This document shows, piece by piece, positions 40,295-48,960 of a stretch of DNA of 64,000 nucleotides. How positions within the stretch are numbered: position 1 is the first letter of the stretch; every line of letters begins with the position of its first letter. The notes beneath the pieces are model-generated. The model was given only the letters and a program-made list of their open reading frames with translations. It did no database searches and had not been told where the DNA came from. Origin of the DNA: an uncultured Verrucomicrobiae bacterium (GTDB lineage Bacteria > Chlamydiota > Chlamydiia > Chlamydiales > Rhabdochlamydiaceae); NCBI GenBank assembly GCA_963806855.1, contig CAWDYW010000001.1, positions 736,001-800,000 of the forward strand. The letters run 5' to 3'. A program made the translations under genes and the position numbers.

Positions 40295-41115
40295 AAAAAG
40301 TGCTGACAATTGCAGGATTTGATGGAAGTGGGGGAGCGGGGATTCAAGCTGACCTCAAGACCTTTTCTGCTCTTGGTTGCTATGCGACCACAGTTTTAAC
40401 CGCACTCCCTGTGCAAAATACGATGGGCGTCAGGTCGATTTACTCTATTGAAACGGCCTGTGTTGAAGAACAGATTAGGGCCATCTTAGAGGATATGTCG
40501 ATCGATGCGATCAAAATCGGCATGTTGCATCGAGAAGATATTATAGAAGCGGTTGCCAATCTCCTCGCCGATTATCAAGGGCCAATTGTTCTCGATCCGG
40601 TGATGGTGGCCAAAAGCGGGGATAAGCTATTGTTGCCAAAGGCAATTTCGGCTCTTAAAGCCCGACTAATTCCCCTCGCGATGATCATCACCCCCAATCT
40701 ATTAGAGGCCTCCGAGCTACTTGGTCGCGAAATTCAAGATAAATCTCAAATGGAAAAAGCTGCTCGCGATTTGATTAAAATGGGACCGCAAGCAGTCGTT
40801 GTCAAAGGGGGCCATTTAGAGGGCGACTCTGCCGACTGTCTCTGCACCTCCTCCACCATCCATTGGTTTTCAGCGCCCAGGATTTCGACGCCCAATACCC
40901 ATGGAACTGGATGCACCTTTTCGGCCGCGATTGCAGCCCTCCTCGCCCAGGGATTTAGCCTCGTAGATGCTGTGCACGACGCGAAAGAGTATCTCACCGG
41001 GGCGCTGCAAGCTGGAGCCGAGCTTAAAATCGGCCGTGGGCACGGTCCAGTTCACCATTTCTATCAACTATGGAGTCAAAATGACATTCTCAAAGTCTCT
41101 GTGGCAAGCAAATGA
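40291..41115 (+). CDS. thiD: Hydroxymethylpyrimidine/phosphomethylpyrimidine kinase
   Basis: 'GGAGIQADLKTF', 'DPVMVAKSG', 'TPN' and 'HGTGCT'. Confidence 0.96.
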   Translation: MKKVLTIAGFDGSGGAGIQADLKTFSALGCYATTVLTALPVQNTMGVRSIYSIETACVEEQIRAILEDMSIDAIKIGMLHREDIIEAVANLLADYQGPIVLDPVMVAKSGDKLLLPKAISALKARLIPLAMIITPNLLEASELLGREIQDKSQMEKAARDLIKMGPQAVVVKGGHLEGDSADCLCTSSTIHWFSAPRISTPNTHGTGCTFSAAIAALLAQGFSLVDAVHDAKEYLTGALQAGAELKIGRGHGPVHHFYQLWSQNDILKVSVASK

Positions 41116-41758
41116 GCAAACCTATCACAGCATCGTCAAGCATCCCTTTAATGTCGAATTAATGGAGGGGACACTCGATGAAAATCGCTTTCATTTTTAC
41201 TTGGAGCAGGATGCCCATTATTTAATCCAGTTTTCTAAGAGCTTGGCATTCATCGCAGCCCGAGCAACCTCAACGAAGATCATCGAGCAGTTTTTAAATT
41301 GCTCTTTAGGAGTTTTAGTCGCGGAACGTCAATTGCACGACAGTTTTTTAAGATCCAATTGCGATCATATTTCCCCCTCTCCCGCCTGTATGGCCTATTG
41401 CCACTACCTCATCGCCATTGCGGCGAGTGGCTCTCTAGAGGAAGCGATTGCCGCGGTCTTGCCCTGCTTTTGGATCTATCGCGAGGTAGGATGCGAGATC
41501 GTCAAACACGCAGTTCCATCAAACCCCTATATGCGCTGGATTGAGACCTATTCTAGCCCGGAATTTTCCGAGGTGACAGATCGTGCGATTTCCCTCTTGG
41601 ATGAATTTGCTGAAGGGAGCTCAGCCGAAACCTTGGAGAGGATGAAGAGAGCATTTGAAAACTCTACCCTCTTTGAGTGGCACTTTTGGAACGATGCCTA
41701 CAACATGATCCTCTTTAGGGATTCTATACCTCTTCCAGTTCATAGCCCCGGGGATTGA
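41081..41758 (+). CDS. tenA: Thiaminase II / aminopyrimidine aminohydrolase
   Basis: 'HPF', 'YLEQDAHYL', 'LPCFWIY', 'WIETYS' and 'EWHFW'; in-frame ATG at 41081. Confidence 0.93.
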   Translation: MTFSKSLWQANEQTYHSIVKHPFNVELMEGTLDENRFHFYLEQDAHYLIQFSKSLAFIAARATSTKIIEQFLNCSLGVLVAERQLHDSFLRSNCDHISPSPACMAYCHYLIAIAASGSLEEAIAAVLPCFWIYREVGCEIVKHAVPSNPYMRWIETYSSPEFSEVTDRAISLLDEFAEGSSAETLERMKRAFENSTLFEWHFWNDAYNMILFRDSIPLPVHSPGD

Positions 41759-41760
41759 AT

Positions 41761-41927
41761 TATACCCCGACTCGCTCAAAAGTGTGAATTTGGACCCACG
41801 CGAAAGCTCTCGCGGTTCAGCTGTTTTTCCGAGGGTAGTATCGAATATATACAACCCTCGGAAAAACAGTTGAACCCCGAGGCTTTGGCGCGGTCCAAAT
41901 TCACACTTTTGGGCGAGTCGGGGTATA
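41761..41927. mobile_element. 167-bp palindromic MITE, family B, copy 2 (inverted)
   Basis: Reverse complement matches 12073..12239 with 5 differences. Confidence 0.9.
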
Positions 41928-41990
41928 TTTTTCTGAAGCTTCTATTGATTTTAATGATAAGAACCAAAAAAAGAGAATGTGGAAGTGGGT

Positions 41991-43628
41991 ATGAGAAAAA
42001 AAATATTATTTTTGCTTCTTTTATGTAACAGTATTTGTGCGTCGAGTTTCTTTGAGCTAAAAACTTACTTGGAACATCAATTGTCATATTATCAAGTAAA
42101 TGATCAATGCTCATTGGTGGACAGCCATGCATGGATTGCCGATTCCTTAAATAACAATTTGCCTGTTCCATGCTCTGTGTTTCATGACATTTCCTTTCGT
42201 GTTACCTTGTATCGAAAATTTGAAAAACAGCTTACAAAGGAAGCTGCGCGTCAATTTGCCACCCTTAAAGATGAAATCATGTCTGATGCTTATACCTATT
42301 CGAGGTCGGCGAAAGATGAAATCAGACAGCTATCTGATAGACTCTTTTATTATTTGTCCAGGGGAGCTGAAATTAATAGATACCCACAACGTTTTGAAAT
42401 AAAGGAAATGCTTCTTGGATTAAAAAAACTGTCTCCGGATGGGCAGGCAGTGGTGCAAAAAATGGAAGATTTATTTTCCAGATTGAGTTTTTTGTATAGA
42501 GAACTAAGAAAACCGATCGAGATAATAAACCAGCTACAAGCGATTAATTATCTCGCTTCTTTGAACATAAAAACGATTCAAGATATCACTCTTTCCCATA
42601 TTCGGAAGATGAATGCTATTTTTTTAAAAAACATTTTAAACGATGGCGGAATTTTTAGAAGCGGGCCGTGTCATGTTGAAGGATATGTGAGTATCAATTC
42701 AGCCCCTGAAGAGGTGACAAATAACATGAAAGAATTGATCGGTTGGTTATCGGCCCATCAAGAAATAAATCCTATAAAATTTGCAGCGGAAGCACACATT
42801 AAGTTTTTAAAGATACATCCATTTGTAGATGGAAACAAAAGAACTGCAATGCTTCTTATGAATCTTATTTTAACGCTCAATGGATATCAACCATTTGTCA
42901 TGCCAAGCTTTCATCCGGACTATCTAGAATATTATCGCATGATAGATAACGCTATTGTGAAACAGAATATTTGCGATTTATACAATATGATAGTTGATCA
43001 ATATACAATGGATAATTTATACAAGATTGATTTTACGACATGTAAAAGAATTGGCATATTCTCCGGAACTTTTGATCCGTTGCATTTAGGTCATGATTTC
43101 GTAATGCGGCAAATCTTAAACGAAAAAAAAGTAGATTATATCATCATAATTCCAAATGATAATAATAAATCGAAAATTTTTAAAACAGATTTAGAGCTAC
43201 GAAGAGCGATGGTTTATTCTGTGTATAAAAACTCAGATTCGACACATATTATTTCAGTCTATTGGGGCCGTGATGAAATTATAAAGTATCTCAGAAAGCT
43301 AAATTCTTCAATTAAAATTGTTGGGATCAAAGGATCTGATAATTCTGCAGCCTGGAATGATCAAGTATGTGCTAAAATGTACGATGATATTGAGGAATGG
43401 ATTATAGCAATGAGAGATGATGGACATGGTATGCATGATGTTCAAGTTTTTGGAAAACCGACTTCATATATTTATCCTCAAAAAAAAATTAGCTCCACTG
43501 AAGTGAGAGAAAAATTAAACAAAGAGCATGTGAATTGGGATGATTTGCCATTACATAAAGAGGTGATTGATTATATAAGAAGAACAAATCTTTATCGCGG
43601 CCGATCAACTCTCCAAATCGTAGATTAA
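41991..43628 (+). CDS. Signal peptide + Fic domain + HxGH nucleotidyltransferase (NadD-like) fusion protein
   Basis: 'MRKKILFLLLLCNSICA'; Fic motif 'HPFVDGNKRTA'; 'IGIFSGTFDPLHLGH', 'ISSTEVR' and 'EVIDYI...LY'. Confidence 0.85.
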   Translation: MRKKILFLLLLCNSICASSFFELKTYLEHQLSYYQVNDQCSLVDSHAWIADSLNNNLPVPCSVFHDISFRVTLYRKFEKQLTKEAARQFATLKDEIMSDAYTYSRSAKDEIRQLSDRLFYYLSRGAEINRYPQRFEIKEMLLGLKKLSPDGQAVVQKMEDLFSRLSFLYRELRKPIEIINQLQAINYLASLNIKTIQDITLSHIRKMNAIFLKNILNDGGIFRSGPCHVEGYVSINSAPEEVTNNMKELIGWLSAHQEINPIKFAAEAHIKFLKIHPFVDGNKRTAMLLMNLILTLNGYQPFVMPSFHPDYLEYYRMIDNAIVKQNICDLYNMIVDQYTMDNLYKIDFTTCKRIGIFSGTFDPLHLGHDFVMRQILNEKKVDYIIIIPNDNNKSKIFKTDLELRRAMVYSVYKNSDSTHIISVYWGRDEIIKYLRKLNSSIKIVGIKGSDNSAAWNDQVCAKMYDDIEEWIIAMRDDGHGMHDVQVFGKPTSYIYPQKKISSTEVREKLNKEHVNWDDLPLHKEVIDYIRRTNLYRGRSTLQIVD

Positions 43629-43664
43629 AAATATCAATGAAAAGCCTTTCAAGTGGAAGTACTA

Positions 43665-43679
43665 TATACCCCGACTCGC
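43665..43679. repeat. Isolated terminal fragment of MITE family B
   Basis: TATACCCCGACTCGC, identical to the element terminus. Confidence 0.7.
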
Positions 43680-43848
43680 GCCTTGTTCGTAAGCAATGTC
43701 GCTCTTGTCCTTGTTTACTTCCGGTTCCTCAAATTATTTCGGTATAGAAAAAAATTGCAGTAATTGACGTGCATGTGATAGATGGTAAAATAAAAGCTTA
43801 CATACACAGTGAGTGGAATAAGTTAAGCTCTTAAAATAGGAATAAGTT

Positions 43849-44616
43849 ATGAAAAAAAAATTTGAATATTTGATGGTTTCATCGCTAGTGGCAGTTGTTT
43901 TCACTGCCTCAGGATGTCAAAAGAAGCCCGAGTTCGCCAAAGCAGAATTTGAAGGTGGAGCTGGAGGACGAGGATTTGAAGGTGGAGGCGGATTAGAAGG
44001 CGGACGAGGATTTGGAGAAGGCGGACGAGGATATGAAGGCGGACGTGGATTTGAAGGCGGACGTGGATTTGAAGGTGAAGGCGGACGAGGATATGAAGGC
44101 GGACGTGGATTTGAAGGTGAAGGCGGACGAGGATATGAAGGCGGACGTGGATTTGAAGGTGAAGGCGGACGAGGATTTGGAGAAGGCGGACGTATAGGAG
44201 GAGCTCCAACCCCAGCCCCAGCACCGGCGCCGTCTACAGGGAATGCCACAAGGGCACCAGCACCGGCCCCAGCACCAGCGCCGTCTACAAAGAATGCCAC
44301 ACGGGCTCCAGCCCCAGCCCCAGCACCAGCACCAGCGCCGTCTGCAGGGAATGCCACAGCGATTCCAAAACCAGCACCGGCCCCAGCACCAGCACCAGCG
44401 CCGTCTTCAAAGAATGCCACAACGGCTCCAGCGCCGTCTGCAGGGAATGCCACAGCGATTCCAAAACCAGCCCCAGCACCAGCACCGGCCCCAGCTCCTG
44501 CTCCTGCGCCAAAACCAGCACCAGCACCGGCCCCAGCTCCTGCTCCTGCTCCAGCGCCAAAACCAGCCCCAGCACCGGCCCCAGCTCCAGCACAAGGAAA
44601 CTTTGGAAGCGCTTAG
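43849..44616 (+). CDS. Low-complexity lipoprotein (GGRG[F/Y]E repeats + Ala-Pro repeats)
   Basis: Basic N-terminus, hydrophobic core and lipobox ASG-C; AGGA RBS; TTGACG-16-TAAAAT upstream. Confidence 0.75.
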   Translation: MKKKFEYLMVSSLVAVVFTASGCQKKPEFAKAEFEGGAGGRGFEGGGGLEGGRGFGEGGRGYEGGRGFEGGRGFEGEGGRGYEGGRGFEGEGGRGYEGGRGFEGEGGRGFGEGGRIGGAPTPAPAPAPSTGNATRAPAPAPAPAPSTKNATRAPAPAPAPAPAPSAGNATAIPKPAPAPAPAPAPSSKNATTAPAPSAGNATAIPKPAPAPAPAPAPAPAPKPAPAPAPAPAPAPAPKPAPAPAPAPAQGNFGSA

Positions 44617-44847
44617 GGAAAAATATTGAAGGGATCAAGAAACACGCTTCCATCGGTTTTTATTTGATCCCTTTCCACAGAGCTGAAACGAGCTTAGGAC
44701 TCATTAAAGAGGCGGAGGGGAAGGTGTCATCCATTATTGGCGGACCTCCTCCTACCCCCTTCGAATGGCTACTTTTGGAATGATGCCTACAACATGATCC
44801 TCGAAGCAGGAATCTCTCGACTTTAGTCGGGAGAGGTTCAATCCATC

Positions 44848-45681
44848 TCAGCAACGGCTGAGAGGTGAAATCATGAAAGGCTCTAGGGATGGCCAATTTC
44901 CATGAACCATGAAATGGCCATTGTCGAAGAGATAGGGTTTGGCCTCGGCGGCATTGGTAAAGCGATCGGGAGAAAAATAAAAATAGATTTGGTCGATGGC
45001 TTCGGGCAAATGGTCGAGAATAGACTCTAGAGAGGGAAGTTTGCGGGCAATTATATCGTAGAGGTGAAGGGTCTTATCTTTGATTTCGAAAGAGAGAATC
45101 GCATCGCTCGAGGGGCTATAGTGGAGCGACCAAAAAGTTGGATAGGTAGCAAACAGGGTATTGTAAGAGGCAATTGTTCCATCATCTTTCACCCACTGGA
45201 CATTGGATGCGGGCTCTCGCTGCTCAAAAGAGCGAATGAATAGAGCATTGTCATGAGGAACTGAGAGCGGTCTTAATGCTTTGGAACCCTTGGGATGAGG
45301 GGTGGGTAGATGGAATCGGTACTCCTGAATGACTTGAAAGGAGAGTCTCTCATAAAATTGGGGAATTTCGGTGAATAGAACGACAAATTCTGCCCGATCT
45401 TTGGCCCAAGTGAGCACCTGCCGAATCAGTTCTAAGCCTAAGCCTTGGCCTCGGTGACTTGCCTTCGTGCAAATGGCGTGGAGAGCACCCACTTGATGCT
45501 CGCGGCCATCAATGAGCATCGGATATTCCAAATACCCTACATGAGCGAGGATTTCTCCACGCTCTTCCTTGAGAAAAGTGCGGCTCGCCCAGGGGAATCC
45601 AAGGGCCTCGCAACGGGCGATGTTGCGCTTCATCCCAGGGAAGGACTCCTCAAGCAAATTAAAATATGGTCTCTTTTCCAT
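44848..45681 (-). CDS. GNAT family N-acetyltransferase
   Basis: 'AICTKASHRGQGLG' and 'FYERLSF'. Confidence 0.9.
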   Translation of the reverse strand: MEKRPYFNLLEESFPGMKRNIARCEALGFPWASRTFLKEERGEILAHVGYLEYPMLIDGREHQVGALHAICTKASHRGQGLGLELIRQVLTWAKDRAEFVVLFTEIPQFYERLSFQVIQEYRFHLPTPHPKGSKALRPLSVPHDNALFIRSFEQREPASNVQWVKDDGTIASYNTLFATYPTFWSLHYSPSSDAILSFEIKDKTLHLYDIIARKLPSLESILDHLPEAIDQIYFYFSPDRFTNAAEAKPYLFDNGHFMVHGNWPSLEPFMISPLSRC

Positions 45682-45737
45682 TTCTGGATGAGTATAAGTT
45701 GTTGTCGAATTAATTTGGTTAATTTATATGAAGTATT

Positions 45738-46184
45738 ATGGAATACGATCGGATAATAGAAGGGATTAAGGGGAAATATGCTCTTGAATTGGGAGATTGG
45801 CACTCGGGTGGCAAAATCTGCTTTAAGATCAACAATCAATATGAGATTTGTATGGCTCGCTCACCCTATGAAAGTGCCTTTTTTCTATCTGCGCCAATCT
45901 ATCAATTAACTCCCAATACTTCGAGAGAGTTTTACAGAAATTTGCTCGCTTATAATTTGTACGGCAATAAAACCGGGAATGGGTTCTTAAGCCTCGACAC
46001 GAGTACAGATACGGTGATTCTAATGGAAAAATTCGATGAAGAGGAAGGGGATTTTATCCTTTTTGATAAAAAATTGAAACAATTCCTCACGACCCTGATC
46101 GATCTAAAGAAAAGGATCAGTATGCTCGAATTTCATCTACCTGCAAAGAAAAGATCGCTGGAAACACCCGGACAAAAAATATGA
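45738..46184 (+). CDS. CesT/Tir-family type III secretion chaperone
   Basis: 148 aa; 'LLAYNLYGNKTGNGFLSLD' and a C-terminal amphipathic helix typical of class I chaperones. Confidence 0.8.
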   Translation: MEYDRIIEGIKGKYALELGDWHSGGKICFKINNQYEICMARSPYESAFFLSAPIYQLTPNTSREFYRNLLAYNLYGNKTGNGFLSLDTSTDTVILMEKFDEEEGDFILFDKKLKQFLTTLIDLKKRISMLEFHLPAKKRSLETPGQKI

Positions 46185-47458
46185 AGCCAGTTGAGCCCGG
46201 TTCGCCTAAGCCCATTCATGCTCCTCAAGAGAAGGGGGAATTGGAATTCTCAAAGGTAGAAGGGGGAGCTGCTGCAGAGATCGAACCTCCTCCAAGCACC
46301 AAGGAATTGCCGATCACCTCCGTTCAGCCTGCAAAGAGCAGCGAGCCGCTTGAGCGGTCCTATGAACAAGTTGTTAAAGATATGCGACAAGCTTCTTCTG
46401 CAGCGCTACTTGAGCCCGATTGTGATATCGTTCAAGTACAAACAGAGATTTCGAATAGCTTTGGACTTTTAATGGGAGAACTTGCGAAAAAAGCGGAAGC
46501 CAAACTTGGTCCGCCGCCGACCCCTTACGCCATAGTGGGGCTTGGCTCTCTGAGCCGCAATGAAGCAAGCCCCTATTCAGATCTCGATTTTGCGATCTTA
46601 ATAAGGGACGATTCGGAGCAAACTCGGGCGTATTTTCAAAAGCTGAATACCGAAATGAGTCAGCTGGTCCTTGGATTGAAAGAGAGCCAAATCGCGACGC
46701 GTGGAATTGCCTATTGCGTCGGGGGACTGAACCCACCCTATATTGCAAAGGGGCAGAAACTGGGAAGCGTTGCTCTTCTCGATACCCCAAAAAAACTTGC
46801 CCTTTGGAGCGGTCCTGATCTTCCGGAGGATTTTGATCGAAGAGCGAATCAAGCTTCCTTTCTTGCTCTTACTGTTGCGACCTTGCAGATCTCCCTCCTC
46901 TGCGGCGATGAATCGCTAGTTCAAGAATGTAAGATGGAGCAAAGGAAGATTTTAGATGGGGCGATTCCTGAGGATCATAAAACAGAAAGCCAGGGACATT
47001 TGACGGCTGTTAGACAACAAAAAGCGCTGAAGTTCATGGCGAACAAAGAGGTTCTAAAATTAGGGGCAACCGGAACTAATTTTGACCTTAAAAGGAAAAT
47101 CGTACGGCCCATTCAAGAAATGGTCGGTTTGTTAAGTTTATTTTATGGTATTGAAGAGCAAAATACACTAAAGGCAATTGACGAGCTGACTTTAAAAAAA
47201 ATAATTGATCCTGAAATTGGTGCCGCTATGAAGAATATTTATCAACTTGCTTTTAAGATTAGAGCTAAAGCCCATCTCCATTATAAAAAAGAAATTGATA
47301 CAGTTGAGCTTAAAGAAGCGGGGATAGAGGGAGTTATCGATAAGAGTGAAGTAATTAAAATTATGGATATCATTCCAATTATTGATGACATTAAGGGTAA
47401 AATGAAAATTTTTGAAAATAGCAGTGGTAAAATAAATCCATTTAGTAGTAAAATATAA
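46181..47458 (+). CDS. DUF294/GlnD-like nucleotidyltransferase, putative T3SS effector
   Basis: 'GLGSLSRNEASPYSDLDFAIL' (GS...DxD) and 'DLKR'; Pro/Ser/Glu-rich N-terminus; ATGA overlap with the chaperone. Confidence 0.8.
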   Translation: MKPVEPGSPKPIHAPQEKGELEFSKVEGGAAAEIEPPPSTKELPITSVQPAKSSEPLERSYEQVVKDMRQASSAALLEPDCDIVQVQTEISNSFGLLMGELAKKAEAKLGPPPTPYAIVGLGSLSRNEASPYSDLDFAILIRDDSEQTRAYFQKLNTEMSQLVLGLKESQIATRGIAYCVGGLNPPYIAKGQKLGSVALLDTPKKLALWSGPDLPEDFDRRANQASFLALTVATLQISLLCGDESLVQECKMEQRKILDGAIPEDHKTESQGHLTAVRQQKALKFMANKEVLKLGATGTNFDLKRKIVRPIQEMVGLLSLFYGIEEQNTLKAIDELTLKKIIDPEIGAAMKNIYQLAFKIRAKAHLHYKKEIDTVELKEAGIEGVIDKSEVIKIMDIIPIIDDIKGKMKIFENSSGKINPFSSKI

Positions 47459-47475
47459 CTTAATTTGGAGGAAGT

Positions 47476-48003
47476 ATGAGTTCTGCAGTAGCTAATGGTT
47501 GGAATTCCGATTTTCTAGAGAGATGGCAAGGATGCCTATCCAATGAAGTCGAGATTGACAGTATTACAGATCTCAAGAGTTCTCTTGCGAGTGAAATAGC
47601 CTCTAAATTGAAACAAGCAAAGGGGCCAGCCGATTTAGATCAGCTAAAAGATCTTTTGAATCGGGCGATTCAATTGCCGTCACAGAATGGGTCGAAAATC
47701 TGCGAAATTTTTATTCAAGCTACCAAATATCTCTTAGAAGGGGCCACCTTTGTGATCGATGGGTATTTCTATGAAGGAGATATGGGTATCGGCACTCTTC
47801 AGGATAGAATTAAGTCGATCAACGCTCAAATTACAAATCAAAACAATGAAAAAGCTCAAGAAGAATTTGTTCAATTAGTCGGAATGGTCTTTCAGAAGAA
47901 AATCGTACTTTCAAGCTTATTCATCTATCAGCTTCCAAAAGGTTTAGAACCTAAAGTCCAGCAATGGCTAAGTGCTCTAAATCTCATCTGGCAACAAACC
48001 TAA
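47476..48003 (+). CDS. Hypothetical protein
   Basis: 175 aa; GGAGG RBS; 17 nt after the previous gene. Confidence 0.7.
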   Translation: MSSAVANGWNSDFLERWQGCLSNEVEIDSITDLKSSLASEIASKLKQAKGPADLDQLKDLLNRAIQLPSQNGSKICEIFIQATKYLLEGATFVIDGYFYEGDMGIGTLQDRIKSINAQITNQNNEKAQEEFVQLVGMVFQKKIVLSSLFIYQLPKGLEPKVQQWLSALNLIWQQT

Positions 48004-48007
48004 TTAG

Positions 48008-48074
48008 AGACCTCTTGCATCACTTAGGTTCAGTCGATTTTCGGGTTCTTTTGAATCGAAAATGCAAGAGGTCT
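48008..48074. repeat. Short palindromic element (family C) between convergent genes
   Basis: 13-bp inverted repeat AGACCTCTTGCAT...ATGCAAGAGGTCT with inner TCGATT...AATCGA. Confidence 0.65.
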
Positions 48075-48075
48075 A

Positions 48076-48960
48076 TTATGTCGTCGAGAAGGGGATTGCA
48101 AAGCAGACTCCCAGGATCACAATCAGCGAAAATTTGAACATTCTGCGCGCCCAAATTTCATCATTGGCCGCTTTGAGGCCCTGAAAGGCTAAGATTAGCC
48201 AGCAGAGACTTAGAAGAGCAGTGACGATCAAAAATCCATACCCGGTATAGCCAAAGAAAGTGAGCAGTGAAGCGGAGAGGGCAAATCCAATGATGTATAA
48301 GATCATCTGGATCTTGGTCGCCCGCATGCCTCTTTTGATTGGCAAAATGGGGATGCCGGCCGCTTTATAATCGTCCAGGCGGAAGATCCCAATCGCAAAG
48401 AAATGGGGCATCTGCCAAAGGGCCACTGTGACAAAGAGGATGATCGCTGCCAGATCAAACTGGGAAGAGGCGGCGCAGTAGCCGACGAGTGGGGGTAGGG
48501 CGCCCGATATGCTCCCGATGAGGGTCCCATGGATCGAGTAATACTTCGAAAAGCTGTAGAAGAGCACATAGACGAGGAAACCCGCTAGGGCCAGCGCTGT
48601 CGCCAAGACATTGACAAACAGAAAGAGGCAGGCGGTCCCCATCAGCCCCAAAAGCACCCCAAAGAAGAGAGCCGCTTTGGTGGAAATGAGACCGAGCACC
48701 AGGGGGCGATTTTTCGTCCGGCTCATTTTTTTGTCTGCGTGCCGATCGATGTAATTATTGAAGACGCAGGCTGAGGCAATCACCAGAGTAATGCCAACGA
48801 GGGTCGCCAGGAATAACCAGAGGTTGAATGAACCCTTCGAGGCGAGGGCAAATCCTCCGGCAGTGGTGACCACATTGCCGAAAATGATTCCCGGCTTAGT
48901 GAGGAGCGAGTAATGGCGTGCAGTAAAAGAAAAGGTGGGGGTGGATGTTTTTTCCATCAT
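48076..48960 (-). CDS. cyoE: Protoheme IX farnesyltransferase (heme O synthase)
   Basis: 'LTKPGI', 'NNYIDRHADKKMSRTKNRPL' and 'WQMPHF'. Confidence 0.96.
   Translation of the reverse strand: MMEKTSTPTFSFTARHYSLLTKPGIIFGNVVTTAGGFALASKGSFNLWLFLATLVGITLVIASACVFNNYIDRHADKKMSRTKNRPLVLGLISTKAALFFGVLLGLMGTACLFLFVNVLATALALAGFLVYVLFYSFSKYYSIHGTLIGSISGALPPLVGYCAASSQFDLAAIILFVTVALWQMPHFFAIGIFRLDDYKAAGIPILPIKRGMRATKIQMILYIIGFALSASLLTFFGYTGYGFLIVTALLSLCWLILAFQGLKAANDEIWARRMFKFSLIVILGVCFAIPFSTT

Noticed and set aside
43950..44600. Dense short direct repeats resembling a CRISPR array
   Set aside because: Unit lengths are multiples of 3 with no unique spacers, no cas genes are present, and they are coding repeats of the lipoprotein.
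44629..44675. Inverted repeat AAGGGATCAA...TTGATCCCTT after the lipoprotein gene
   Set aside because: The loop is long and the U-tract weak, so it is not confidently a terminator or a mobile-element end.
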